Source: Psilocybe cubensis
Lineage: Eukaryota
Direction of reading: 5' to 3'
Length of the DNA: 64,000 nt
Assembly: GCA_017499595.2 (NCBI GenBank)
Contig: CM038999.1
Coordinates: forward strand, 434,001 to 498,000
In this document: positions 28,442 through 40,870 of the stretch, one piece after another
Layout of the letters: each line of letters starts with the position of its first letter
Position numbering within the stretch: position 1 is the stretch's first letter
Notes under the pieces: generated by a model
Told to the model about the DNA's origin: nothing
The model's database searches: none
Seen by the model: only the letters and a program-made list of their open reading frames with translations
Position numbers and translations under genes: made by a program

Positions 28442-28984
28442 CACGGCGGGCAAAAGTGCTGACTAGTCAGCCTGGGAGTTGGTCTGACCAGTCACCTGAC
28501 CACATCGTGACGCGTTCCGTGATGAATCAACTGACCAGTCAGGAGAGGTCACACAAATGTTGTCACGCTGGTTAGTATTGGTAAATGAGTTCAGTAACAT
28601 AAGATTAAATGGGAATAAACCATTGTCTTCCGAAGCACTGTCACTGAGGAAAAGTAATGAATGACTTGGAATTGGATATTTCTTGTGTTTGGTTGAAATT
28701 CGGTCATTATTCAAACAAATGGATAACTAATCACGCTTTCAGAGTACTTGTGCACGGTCACCCGATGTTGTTTAGAAGGTACACGACGCCCGCCCTGTGT
28801 AAGTCTGGGGCATAGAAAAGAAATCCTCTGTTCTACAATCAATGAGCGGAATTACAGAAACTTAGCAGCGTGACAATAAATGCGTGACAGCTACATGACT
28901 AGTCAGGTGACTAGTCAGCACACTGGTCAGGTGACTGGTCAGACCAACTCCCAGGCTGACTAGTCAGCACTTTTGCCCGCCGTG
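28442..28984. mobile_element. MITE, 543 bp, 61-bp TIRs, TTA target-site duplication
   Basis: 28442-28502 is the reverse complement of 28924-28984 (CACGGCGGGCAAAAGTGCTGACTAGTCAG...); TTA at 28439-28441 and 28985-28987; no coding capacity. Confidence 0.9.
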
Positions 28985-29054
28985 TTATGAAAACCTACAT
29001 TTGCCCCGAATACTCAACTCAAATATCTTCCAGTTTATTTTCCAATCCATTCTG

Positions 29055-31475
29055 ATGACCGACAATACAGTAACAACAAAACTTCTCACTCTTCTTAATG
29101 TATCTGCCACGAAGATTGGAAAAAGAAAGCGCTTCGAAGACGAATTTGTACCAGCCGAAAAACTAAATAAACGCAAGGCGTCTATATCTTTCGCTCAGCC
29201 CAAGGCAATGGAAAAGGTGGTTGAGGCGGCCAAAGAAATTGTCGAGGCTTCCAAAGATGTAGAGATGCAGGAGACTGTAGAAGAGGCCGATGACAACACG
29301 GTAGATGGTGCGCTCAACTGTTGACTTGCTTTTGGATTTTATTGAGCAAGCTCTAAAGATGGTTACGAGAAGCATTTTGGTCTTGCCCCGTCATGTTTAT
29401 CCGAGTCGTCAAGATCTGCGGTGGAAAACCAGGCATGGTCAACTTTGAGAGAGAAAAATGGCAAATTAGGCTCGGCAATAGTGTCAATACCTGCTCATTC
29501 AGAAGCAAGTACTTCAAGTTGCACTTCTGAAATTGATGTGAGATTACTATTTCCACATTCTCGTATCTCTGTTCTTACGTGTTTTAGATTTTGGAGAGTC
29601 TGAAAGCTCCTTTCTTGACTAGACAAGCGAAACAAGCAAAGAGTAAGTCCTACCGTTATACCACAAAGTATCCGTTTCATTGTCATATAGATCAAGGGGA
29701 ATTGCAGCATGACATCCTATCTACATTATCTACCCGGAAGGATTTATATATCACCGCTACTCCACTTGAAACCAAGCGGTGCACAAGAGAAGCCATCGCC
29801 CTACATGCGTTAAACCATGTATCAAAGTGAGTAAAAATTTTCTATCCCAATTTTATTCTTAACGCTTGCGACAACCCTAGAAAGCGTCGACGTGTCCTCA
29901 AGAACAACGAACGTCTAACACGCGCAGCAAAAGCCAACCCAGACGCCCCACCCCTCGAAGACGTCCAAGACCAAGGATTTACCCGCCCTAGCGTGCTCAT
30001 CCTTCTCCCCTTCCGCTCCTCCGCCCTCGACTGGTTCCGAGCCATCACATCGCATACTCCACCCCCTACGTTCCAAGTTGAAAACCAGTCTCGCTTCCTG
30101 TCTGAATACGGCCTCCCAGAGGGCGCTATCGACAAGCTCGTCACTGCTGAGCCCGGTACATATCCTCCTGACCACGTCGACACGTTCAAGGGCAACGTCG
30201 ATGATAACTTCCGTGTTGGTATTAAATTGACGAGGAAAACGATCAAGATGTTTGCAGATTTCTATGGCTGCGATATCATAATTGCTAGCCCTCTTGGCCT
30301 CCGCCGTTCGATTGAGAAAGAACAGTATGTGTCAATAGGTTAACAGCATTGTTTTCTGACTTGCATCCATAGCAATGCGGACTATCTGACGTCTATCGAG
30401 GTCCTTGTGATCGACCAGATGGATGCTCTTACGATGCAAAATTGGGAACACGTTAAAGTAAGTTCTTTGTTCTGCCCTTTGTGAACTAGTTATTGACTCC
30501 ATTGTTCTAGTTCGTCATGAACCACATAAACAAACTTCCCAAAGAATCGCATGATACTGATTTTTCACGCATCAAGCCATGGTACCTCGACGGTTTGTAA
30601 GTAACTAGAGGTGATGTCGATATCTTTAGTCTGACGTCCATAAATTAGTGCACCTTACCTCCGCCAGTCAATTCTACTGTCGGCTTATGAAACGGCAGAA
30701 ACCAGATCATTGTACAATAACACTCTCAAAAATGTCGAAGGCAAGATTAGGACAGAGAAGCATTGGCCACCCATTGAAGTGCCAGCCGGTATCGACCAGG
30801 TGTGTAAAAAGTTAACAATATAGCCACCGTTGATGATTGACATTGTTTTCGGCAGAACTTTGTGCATTTCGATTGTGTTAGCCCAGTAGATGAGCCTGAA
30901 AAACGATTCCAATATTTCACGACACAGGTACTATTACACCGCATCTCTATTCAGCAGCGAATTCTAACTCATTTATAGCTGCTATCGTCTGTACTCAAAT
31001 CCGCTGTACAAAGCACGAACACCATCGTCTTCATACCTTCCTCATTCGATTTCATCCGCGTCCAAAACTACTTCAGAAAACACTCTGGCGTGTCATTCAC
31101 CGTCCTGTCCGAGTAAGTTGCCTCCTCTTCTTCCCGCGGGGATATAACCAATTAAATTCCTCCAGATACTCGACAAACCAAGACATCTCCCGTGCTCGCC
31201 AAGCCTTCTTCTCTGGCGACAAGTCCTTCCTGCTCATGAGTGAGAGGTTCCACTTCTACAAGCGCTACAAGATTCGCGGCAGCCGTAACATCCTTTTCTA
31301 CGGGCCACCCGACCACCCACAGTATTTCACCGAGCTGCTTTCGTTCCCCTTCCTTGACGATGGTGTGGAGCCATCAGATGTGACATGTCGTGTGCTGTTC
31401 TCGAAGTATGACAGGTTTAGGCTGGAGAGAATTGTCGGCACAGAGGCAGCGATTGAGCTTATTAAGTCGTCATAG
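29055..31475 (+). CDS. UTP25: U3 snoRNA-associated protein 25 (UTP25/DEF)
   Basis: [80 protein letters not shown]. Confidence 0.93.
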
Positions 31476-31658
31476 TGAAGTAAAATTTTAACGCTGGTTG
31501 AGGGAATTGTATGCAATGCATATTTTGCTGTCTTCGTTTCGTTTGTTTGAACTTTTATGAGTTCTCCGTCACCTTTTTCAATCAGACATGTTGAATTTTT
31601 TTGCTTGATCTCTCCCTCTCCTGTCGATATGTCGCCACTGTGTCTCTGTCTACCAACT

Positions 31659-31732
31659 GGTTCGATGGCGTAGTTGGTTATCGCATCTGTCTAACACACA
31701 GAAGGTCCTCAGTTCGAGCCTGGGTCGAATCA
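31659..31732 (+). tRNA. tRNA-Val(AAC), intronless
   Basis: GGTTCGA/TCGAATC acceptor stem, anticodon arm TCTGT-CTAACAC-ACAGA, GTTCGAG T-loop, downstream T-run. Confidence 0.95.
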
Positions 31733-31977
31733 CTGTTTTTGATTTTGTTTGGCATCATAATCATAGCCGTCAGTCACTTTGTCCACGTAGTGACTTTTAA
31801 TCTTTTGGTTTATATCGATTTCTAATGTTTTATTTTTACTACTTACTGGTGCAAGCACCGCATATTGGCACCTGTCGTTTATCTTTGTTAATGCAGTATA
31901 ATAACTGTATGTTGACGGCTTTCAAGTGGCCAAAAGTATTATCTCTTTCCATCGAGGCCATCACTATACTTGCCACC

Positions 31978-33135
31978 TATGGCTGCCCAAGTGGGGAAAT
32001 ATTCCCCGTAAATATAATTTGCTTATTTTTGAGAAGTCCGTCAAGAATAAAAAAAAAGTTGTGCGCGGAAACATTTGTTTGGTGCGCAGATTGCTTTCTG
32101 GGGTAGTTTGAAGATTCCATGAACACAATTTGCTCCGCGGAAACATATTTGAGACATAATTTACAAGCCCGAGTACATTATTTCTGCCCCAAATATACTT
32201 CATGTGTAAATTACCTGCGCGTAAATACATTTTGTGCGCTGAACAAACCTTGTAATGCGCGGAAAACATTGTTAATTCTCGCCCAAAGTGGCCAGCCGCA
32301 ATTGCCGTGATTATGTAAATTGATCCATTATGGCACTTCGGCACACTCTCATGGAGTTAAAGCTCCGACTGTCCTGCGCAACAAGTGTCTTGCTATTACC
32401 ATTCTGTAGGGTAAGGTACCAACAAGTTTTGGGTTAAGTGTTATATGATGACACCCATCTGGTGCTCTTACAAGCTCCCCATTGGTGATGCAGCTTGTGC
32501 ACCATCTCCGACAGCCCTGGGACTGTATGAAAACTGCATATATTGTGGGAAAAAGATCAATCGGACATCTTTGCCTGTATATTGCACGTCTGTGAAGCTA
32601 AGCATGTATAAATAAGATTATAAAGTCATGATAAGACAATGATTAATGAATAAAAGTGTAATTAGTGACCAATAGTACTTCATAAATGGCTGTACAGGAA
32701 AACGACCCTTGTATTGAAATTCCAACTCTAAGTTATGCCTTCAGTCGGAGCTTTAACTCCTTGAGAAAGTGCCGAAGTGCCATAATGGATCAATTTACAT
32801 AATCACGGCAATTGCGGCTGGCCACTTTGGGCGAGAATTAACAATGTTTTCCGCGCATTACAAGGTTTGTTCAGCGCACAAAATGTATTTACGCGTAGGT
32901 AATTTACACATGAAGTATAATTTGGGGCAGAAATAATGTACTCGGGCTTGTAATATATGTCTGAAATATGTTTCCGCGCAGCAAATTGTGTTCACGGAAT
33001 CTTCAAACTACCCCAGAAAGCAATCTGCGCACCAAAAAAATGTTTCCGCGCACAACTTTTTTTTATTCTTGACGGACTTCTCAAAAATAAGCAAATTATA
33101 TTTACGGGGAATATTTCCCCACTTGGGCAGCCATA
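31978..33135. mobile_element. Non-autonomous foldback-type TIR element (about 394-bp TIRs, 6-bp TSD GCCACC)
   Basis: 31978-32371 and 32742-33135 are near-perfect inverted repeats; GCCACC at 31972-31977 and 33136-33141; AT-rich 370-bp core. Confidence 0.9.
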
Positions 33136-33765
33136 GCCACCAAGGTCCTCCACGGAAACAATCTTAGGAAAACCTGAGAGGCTAGCATATTGGAAATAGA
33201 ATCTTTGGATGTTGAATGTGGTCAATTGGATCCTTAAAGTAGAAGACAGCGATGAGTATTAAATGGATCATAGTCCAGTGCATTCTGGGCAAGCAAATGC
33301 CCACCATAACAGATGAACCACTACAAAAGCAATAAACTGAATAAATTTATTTAATAATTGAAATAATAGAGAGAAGCATACATACATTGGACAAGGACGT
33401 CGGGGGTGTGGACGAATATTCAACTTTTTTAGTGTGACTATGATCATATTCCCACGCATCACCGCGTTAAGCGCCCACACTTGCCAAACTGAATGTTAAT
33501 CTCTGCCTGTTGATCGAAGGCAAATTTTGTGTCTCATGGTGAGATACCATTCTTCTGACAAATTTTATTGTAAGTACTCATTATATCCAATATCAAGTCC
33601 ACTTCCTCCTTCATTCAACCACTGGAGAAATATTACAAGAACAAATTTTATTCTCAATATCATCAGGCATAATTTGAAGCAAGATATGTACGTAGTACAT
33701 GGATATATGTTTGGTCTACATTAATGGGTAACAAAGAATCCTTCTCATTTCTGCGTTGTTTCAAA

Positions 33766-35412
33766 TCACTCTTCATTGTCCTTAGAGTCACTCCTGTATT
33801 TTCTTCCAGCGTGCACAAGAAAATCTTCTCCGTCTCTTCCAATAAGCTGAAGTTCAACGCCGGATCTTTGAATATTCAAGAGCTGCAAAAATTGATCTTG
33901 CTTCATTAAATCTCCGTCGTGTACTAGAGGCCGAAGAACTTCATCTTTGTTAACCAGCTTGAGAGCAACCTTAGAAAGCGACCTTCGCATAGGCTTTACG
34001 AGGTACGAATGAGGAGACTTCTCTGTGCCATGGTACGCGATACTCGGCGGAAACATGTCAATGAAGCTATTCCAACGATCGGGCTTCATAAAATAGATTA
34101 ATTGAATCTCCAGGATCTGTAAGCTAGGGAAGAGGACAGAATCATCCTCCGCGCCATATCTGAGTTCACGTAGAGTGTCGTCGAATGTTTTAGGGCTGAC
34201 TTTAAAAGAGTCTACGTTGATCCTCAAATGAGTCAGAGGGGGGTATCGAGAGTGCCATATAGAAGATCCTCTAACTGACCAAGGTCCAAGACCTTCATGA
34301 CCTAACAGAGTCATACCGTTACAGGCTTGCAACTCAAGCATCACGTTTTGAATTGGCATTATTGCATGCGATCGCTCGAAAAATTCCACAATCTCTGTCT
34401 CCTCGCTGTAAAAAGAATCCTCCCATGCCCCTTTCGGATCTAACCGGCATACCAAAGTTTTCAACGATGGAAAGCACAGATATTGAAGCGCATCTTTGAC
34501 GCCCAGTAAAGACATTTCCAGATGTGTCACGGAGCTATTGTGAATGCTCTTCCTTTCGTTGGGAAGTGTTATGACATTTCCGTGGATATGATAGCGAAAG
34601 GTGTTTAACCTAATCGACTTTATTACGATTGTTTCAAGATTGACAGCGTGGTTGACGATATGCAGAACTAGTTCAGCATCGATGTCGTCCACTATGAGAT
34701 GCCGCAAGTTGTCCCATTGGAGAAAGTTTAAATCATGAAAGTGAACGAGCGCTCCGGAGATGGTCTGTGCCTCAAATTTATGAGGTCGGAGAGGCTGAAA
34801 CATGGGAACTTCCTTCCAGAGTGATCCGTACACAATACGTAAATCTTCGATCCTTGTGGTGTCCTTGAGATTTTTAAAAATTTCATAAAGTACATCGCAG
34901 TCGACCTTGTAGAGAAAGACTCGATTCCATCGCGCGGAACACGTTCTAATGAGATCCAGGAGAGGTTGTATATCTTCTAACGTAACGCCGCCTGAGCCTC
35001 TTCGATGTCGTACAACAAGTGATATAGGAAGGCCTCCCGAGCGAAAAATCCGTTTTTGAATAAGATTTGTGAACTTGAAATCCATGCTCGGGTTGACGAT
35101 GAGAGTAGTCCACAACTTGGGGGTCCCTAAAATGACATCTCTCCAGTTCTTGCATACTTCGCCTAGAATGACTAGAGGAGACCACCGGTGGTTGCGATTG
35201 CCTTCTGAAGCCTCGGAATATCCTTCCTCGTACCCACTTGCCATCGCCAAAATTTCTGAAAGTAACTCAACCGCTAGAGCAGAAATCGGGGAGGCTACAA
35301 TCGAACGACCGTAGCTACCAACGGATGCATCCTGACGATTTCCAGGACGCATGTCTTCAGAAGTAGTACTGATTATCGACGGCGCTGTGGTTGGAAGCAG
35401 CTGCTGTGCCAT
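33766..35412 (-). CDS. Intronless F-box-like protein with LRR-like C-terminal region
   Basis: SPISALAVELLSEIL...LGEVCKNWRDVILGTPKLWT F-box signature; ARW, FPSLKTL, FPSLQILEI repeats; uninterrupted ORF. Confidence 0.82.
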   Translation of the reverse strand: MAQQLLPTTAPSIISTTSEDMRPGNRQDASVGSYGRSIVASPISALAVELLSEILAMASGYEEGYSEASEGNRNHRWSPLVILGEVCKNWRDVILGTPKLWTTLIVNPSMDFKFTNLIQKRIFRSGGLPISLVVRHRRGSGGVTLEDIQPLLDLIRTCSARWNRVFLYKVDCDVLYEIFKNLKDTTRIEDLRIVYGSLWKEVPMFQPLRPHKFEAQTISGALVHFHDLNFLQWDNLRHLIVDDIDAELVLHIVNHAVNLETIVIKSIRLNTFRYHIHGNVITLPNERKSIHNSSVTHLEMSLLGVKDALQYLCFPSLKTLVCRLDPKGAWEDSFYSEETEIVEFFERSHAIMPIQNVMLELQACNGMTLLGHEGLGPWSVRGSSIWHSRYPPLTHLRINVDSFKVSPKTFDDTLRELRYGAEDDSVLFPSLQILEIQLIYFMKPDRWNSFIDMFPPSIAYHGTEKSPHSYLVKPMRRSLSKVALKLVNKDEVLRPLVHDGDLMKQDQFLQLLNIQRSGVELQLIGRDGEDFLVHAGRKYRSDSKDNEE

Positions 35413-35617
35413 CTTGTAGGCACAACCGTGGAAATGCCAGTGGTGAATCACAACGAATGCAATGGGTGGTCAACCAAGAAACAGAGTCCAACTTTATATA
35501 CAATTCAAGATACCGATTCAGGCCACTCTTCAATAAAATGCCAATGGTGGCCTCAATATTTCCGGAGGCCCACAGAGGCCACAGGTCGATGGAAATAATC
35601 TTGATTGATTAAAAAAG

Positions 35618-35691
35618 TGATTCGACCCAGGCTCGAACTGAGGACCTTCTGTGTGTTAGACAGATGCGATAACCAACTACGCCATCGAACC
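35618..35691 (-). tRNA. tRNA-Val(AAC), identical to the copy at 31659-31732
   Basis: Exact reverse complement of the 74-nt tRNA at 31659; followed by T6 on the minus strand. Confidence 0.95.
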
Positions 35692-36165
35692 CTATGCTTA
35701 ATTTGGCTAATTTTTTGCTTCGATAAAAAAGGTGTGTTCAGCGACCCGTGAGCGCTTACTATGTGCCACCGTTCATGATCATTTGGCCCTCAGAGTGGAA
35801 TTAGAATAAGCAGGAAACCTTGAGGAAACTCCCAACTGAAAACTTGAGATGAACGTTTCCAAATAGATTTATTGTACAGCGTTTATCTCCATCTTCTCGC
35901 CATTACATATGTACATACTTCGACATAAACCACACATTACTATTTCGCAAGTTCCAGGGGACATCGAGGGGTATTCTCAACTACAGCACTGTATGCCGAC
36001 GCTGACACCATCACCATAAATCTCCAACGGCAATTCGAGCCTAAGAACGAGCGAGTTTAAATACTCTAGTTCCCGACGCTGGTATCTCGTCTCGTTCTCG
36101 GGCCAAGTAGAATCACTGATGTATGTTCGCAAGAAATCGACCGGGTTTGAAGCATCATTCCCATT

Positions 36166-37774
36166 TTAGAAAGACGTCGTCGAGTCGACCTCGATTGTCG
36201 GCACGATGCTTGCAATAAACTTGAGGAATACAACGAGATAAAAGTCCACCCTCATGCCCTCCACCTCCTCTTCTTCGCCGGTGGCACTGGAGGGCGCATC
36301 CTTTCCGCTCCCGCTCGCCTTCCTGCTGAAAAGCCACTTTTTCTTGCCGTCTTTTTCCTTCCCCGAGGGCGATGTTGGCCCAGTGGAGGAGCCGGCAGGA
36401 GCTTTGCGCGCGAGCTGCTCAGCGACGACGCTGTTGTTCATACGCTCGATGACCTTCTTCATCACGCTCGAGTGCTTGCACGGGTGCACGGAGGCAGCTT
36501 GCAGAGAAGTTGAGTGGATGAAAGGTTCAATTGTCACAGTTTTGTGGGCGTGGTCAGCCGAAATGTCTTGGAAGATTTGTGGAGGCGTCAGGGGTGTGCC
36601 ATTCTATGTATCGATGGACAATGTTAGGGGCAATGAAAGAATTGGAGTAGGAAGCTACGCACCTCGTCATAGCCGATCAGCCAGACTCTTGGGGTTTGGT
36701 AGTACTTGTCGTATGTGATCATCACATCATAAGTTCGCACTTGCAGAAGATTGTTCTTTGACGCCTCAACTGGACTAAAGGAAAAAAGCACAGTAGATCA
36801 TCTCAGAACCCTGCAAATTAACAATGACGACCATACGATACTCACTTTGGATCGACCAGCCCGGATGGATAGGTTTTCGCTGGAGCAGGTTTCGTCGCAG
36901 CAGTCGCCTCATCCTCGTCCTCCAGATCTTCCTCCATGTCCGGGATCTCATCCAAATCCAAAATTTCAGGCTCGCCACCAGCCGCACCCCCGCCTGCACC
37001 GAGCGACAACGCGCCCATTCCTGACGCGAGCCCATCGAGCCCCTCGCCGTCCCCAGGAATCTCCAAGTCAGGAATCTCCGCGATCTCGCCTCCACCCTCC
37101 TTGGCCGACTTGCGCCCCGCGTGTGTCTCGACCCACTCGTCGCCCTCCGCACTCGGCATCGACGAATCCGCGAAGGAGAGCAGCCGCTCGGCGTCCGCGT
37201 CGTCGTCCGTGTACGCGAGCGACGTCGCGCGCCGCAGGCAGGGCACCCCGCGCGTGACGAGGTATTGCTTATCAACAGGCAGGAAATCGCGGGTCTTGGT
37301 AGCGTCTCCTTTCTCCCTACAGCACAGACACAGCAGCAACAGCAGCAACAACGGCGCAACCAGTCGCGATCAGCCACCAGCCCAGATCGACATTGAGGTT
37401 GGAAAAACACACACCATGTCCATACGGGGAACTTGTATACCAAAAAGTCACCCGCTGCGACGAACTCCTCTGTATGCGGTATGATCGAGATAAGAAAATG
37501 CACGGGCGGTTGCGAGAGCGAGCCCGTTGGGGTTTAACGTACCTGGCGTGATGCGACCGTGCTCTTTGAACTTGCTCTCTTTCAGGACCTAGCGAGCTGA
37601 TCGGTAAGTTGATCCCATCCGGCTGTGAAAGCCAGAAGCAGAGGCGTCTCTGGTGCGCTTACGGGGCTAATGTACTCGCGAACCGCGAAGAAATGGGACT
37701 GTATCAGAGTTACAAGATTTAGATTTTTGTTAATAAGAAGATAGGAGGTGAATACCAACCTGAAGTGTCTGCAT
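36166..37774 (-). CDS. ATG3: Autophagy E2-like conjugating enzyme Atg3
   Basis: [52 protein letters not shown], catalytic [22 protein letters not shown]. Confidence 0.95.
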
Positions 37775-38209
37775 TACTGATTAGCTGGTGGATTTGTAGG
37801 GTGATAGTAGTAGTAGTAGTTGGTTGTAGTAGTAGACAAGTGTAAAGGGGTGAGGATGGGTCATTAAATCGATTCCAACCTGACTGTAGCCACGTGCCCT
37901 CCCTATCTAAATTGGCTTTTCATCTTTTTTGTCTTTTGACATATCTTTCTGTAGTCCATGTACATGTCATCCTCAAATCAAGAATCGCGCCGGACATCAT
38001 CGGCACCTCATCGTGTGCATATTAAACTCGAGAATTGCAAAAGAAAACTAGAAGTACAGTCAACGATCTAGATATAAGAAAGCAGGTGTAAATCCAAATG
38101 GGCAAACAGCGATCGAAAGATAGATAAGTAGGAAGTAAACAAATCTGAAAACTGAAATGAGAATAGTGAAAAACGGAGATGGACAAAGATAGTAAACGCA
38201 CAGAAGCTA

Positions 38210-39759
38210 TCATGAAACAGTGACAACAGCAGGCAACGCCTTCAATGATTTATCCTTTTTCTGTTTTTTCTCCTTCTTTTTCTCCGAAACCTCTATCACT
38301 GGCGGGCAATCCACATCCATCGAGTCAGAGGAAGCCTTTTCCTTCTTCTCCTTTTTACTTTTCTTTTTCTTCTCCTTCTCTTCGGTGGCCTCAGTGGCAG
38401 GAGTCGCATCAACATCCATAGCGGGTTCCGAGGGCGATTTAGATTTGTCTTTTTTCTCCTTCTTGCTGCTCTTCCCCTTAGCCTTCTTTTCTGATTGTTC
38501 CTCCTTCGACTCCACAACAGTAGAAGCTGCCGTGTCTACGTCCATGGAGGGTTCCGTAGGCGATTTTGATTTGTTCTTTTTCTCCTTCTTGCTGCTCTTC
38601 TCCTTTTCCTTCTTTTCCGATTTTTCTTCCTTGCTGGACTCTGCAGGAGGAGAAGATTCGTCTGATTTGCGTTTCTCCTTCTTCTCCTTCTTATCTTTCT
38701 TCTCTTTCACTTCCTCCTTCTCCTTCTCCGCTTCTACAGTTACGACAGCTTCTGACGCATCCTTGTTCTTTTTGTCCTTCTTGGATTTTTTCTCTTTCTT
38801 GGAATCCTCTTTCGAAGACCCAGCGTCGGGCTCTGAAGGCTTGTCCTCCTTCTTTGCTTTTTTGGTAGATACAGCGGGCTATAATATGAATATGAGTGAG
38901 CATACGTTCGTCGACGCTTGGTTGATGCAGACAAGAATGAATGAATGAATGAAAAAAAGCACGCACAGTATCCTCAGAATCCATCGACTTCCTCTTTTTA
39001 TCCTTCTTCGCCTCAGTGGTTTCCTCAGTGGAAGCAGCAGTGGGGGCAGGCGGGGGAGTAGGCATGTTCCGCGAATTGGCACCAAGAGGCGTATCATTCG
39101 CACCTGATGCATTCGTCCTCGGCCCCCACGAATTATACCCTCCCCCACGTCCCCCACGTCCTCCATACCCTCCCCGTCCACCACCACGACCTCCACCGTT
39201 GTAGCCATTGGAGTTAGAGGAGGCGCCGCCGGGAGGATGGAACCACTGCGCGTTGGACGCGCGTGCGTTTTTCTCTTCTTCCTTTGGTTGTGCGGAGGCC
39301 TCTTGAGACTTTTGAACAGCCTTCGCCGGCTGAGAAGAGGCAGCAGCACCCTATACAAAATATTATAAGGTAAGGTTACGTCCAAACAACCAACAAAAAC
39401 AAAAAGCAGAGTAGGATGGTACATACAGTCTTCGGTCCTTTATACACGCTCTTTTGGTATTTCTCGGCCTCGCTGATGCACGAAGTATGAGACTTGTACT
39501 CGGCAGGAGTGTTGAATGTTTTTGAACAGTCAATGCAATCGAAAGCAGCACCGCATCGCGCGCGGTGTTGGTCAAGCTTGGGCTTTTTCACGACATCTGT
39601 GCAGGCTGTTTGTGGTAATTATATTACGACTAATTTAGCCAGGTATCTTTGACACCATTAAGTTCCGTATATGACTGACCATTGCATCTGTATCCCAGGG
39701 ACATTAAATTAGTAGAGATTCGAATGATAGATTTGAGAAACGCACTGGAAAGAAACCAT
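38210..39759 (-). CDS. LYAR-type C2HC zinc-finger nucleolar protein with Lys/Glu-rich tail
   Basis: Spliced MVSFQCNACTDVVKKPKLDQH...CIDCSKTF...HTSCISEAEKYQ; RGG segment; KKEK repeats. Confidence 0.85.
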
Positions 39760-40427
39760 TTTTAATCGTTATCGTTTCTTCTTTTTCAAGTAGGTCCGTC
39801 GACTTGTAACGACTGAAGGATAATAAAAAGGAAGCTTAGAGAGAGATATCCTCTACCAGATACAGAAGAGAAAATAATGGAAAGGAAAAGAAAAAAATGA
39901 TGCTGATTCAAGTGCACCGTAGGCGTTCAGTGGGACGTATCTGCGAAAAAAAGGTGGCACGTGCTGATAGTTCTGGGACCCGCGCCGTCAGTGCCGTAAA
40001 GGCGTGGGAATGTTGACTAATGGTGCCATTGCCTCCATGCACCTCCGGCGAGATCACTTGTTAATCAATGTCAACGCTCATCCTTCAAAACGCCTTTTAG
40101 TTTCATTTTTGACACAATAGCAAGCCATTACGTGCAGGGAAAGGATACTTAAGCCAATACTTCCAGAGGGCCAAGTTGGATTGCGTGTTCTTTAAAGTGT
40201 CGTGTTTCTGTTTTTTTTTGTGGTGGTGAGCCGTGCTCTTAAGTCTCCCTGCACTGCTCAGAAGTAACCACAGCCTCCTCTGGGAAAAATATTATTGTGG
40301 TACCCGGTAGCTCATGACACAGCGTGATATCAATGTAGTCATGTAGTGGTTGATATTTCTGCTCACCACTACTCGCTCTTGAGTTATAACTGGACTTTCT
40401 ATTGCGTCTCGACCTCCGCCATCTGCT

Positions 40428-40745
40428 CACATAAGACAGTTTATTTATAACGTACATTACCTAAGATTTAATAATAAGGATATTACGTGACATACGGTGG
40501 ATTTACTCCCGCTACCTAATTAGGAGATTAGCGTGATGTACGTGTGATTTAGCCTGGCAAATCATAGCGTACATGACGTGCCATTTAGCGCTAAATGGAG
40601 CCGCCGGGTGGCCTGCGGGATCCGCGCGTCTACCTACACGGAAGAAACACGGGCCGGAAATGAGCCGGACGGGTCCATTTGCATCCCGTGTATTGCAAGC
40701 AGACGGATCCGCTTGACCCGTGTTGTGCTGTCAGACGGACCCATT
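40428..40745 (+). repeat. Left terminal inverted repeat (318 bp)
   Basis: Reverse complement of 55841-56158 with no mismatch found by eye. Confidence 0.95.
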
Positions 40746-40870
40746 CATCCATCCGCTTCTGTATTCCGACAAATATCCGCCTTGAATCGTACATTGGATG
40801 ACCGTTAATATATGTAATAAGGTGTATAGATTATACTGGCAGCAAATTCCTTTCCACATACCCTGATAGT

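Noticed and set aside
40239-40457. ORF starting MYVINKLSYV, same start as ORF 56129
   Set aside because: Both begin inside the identical TIRs reading outward; a by-product of the repeat.
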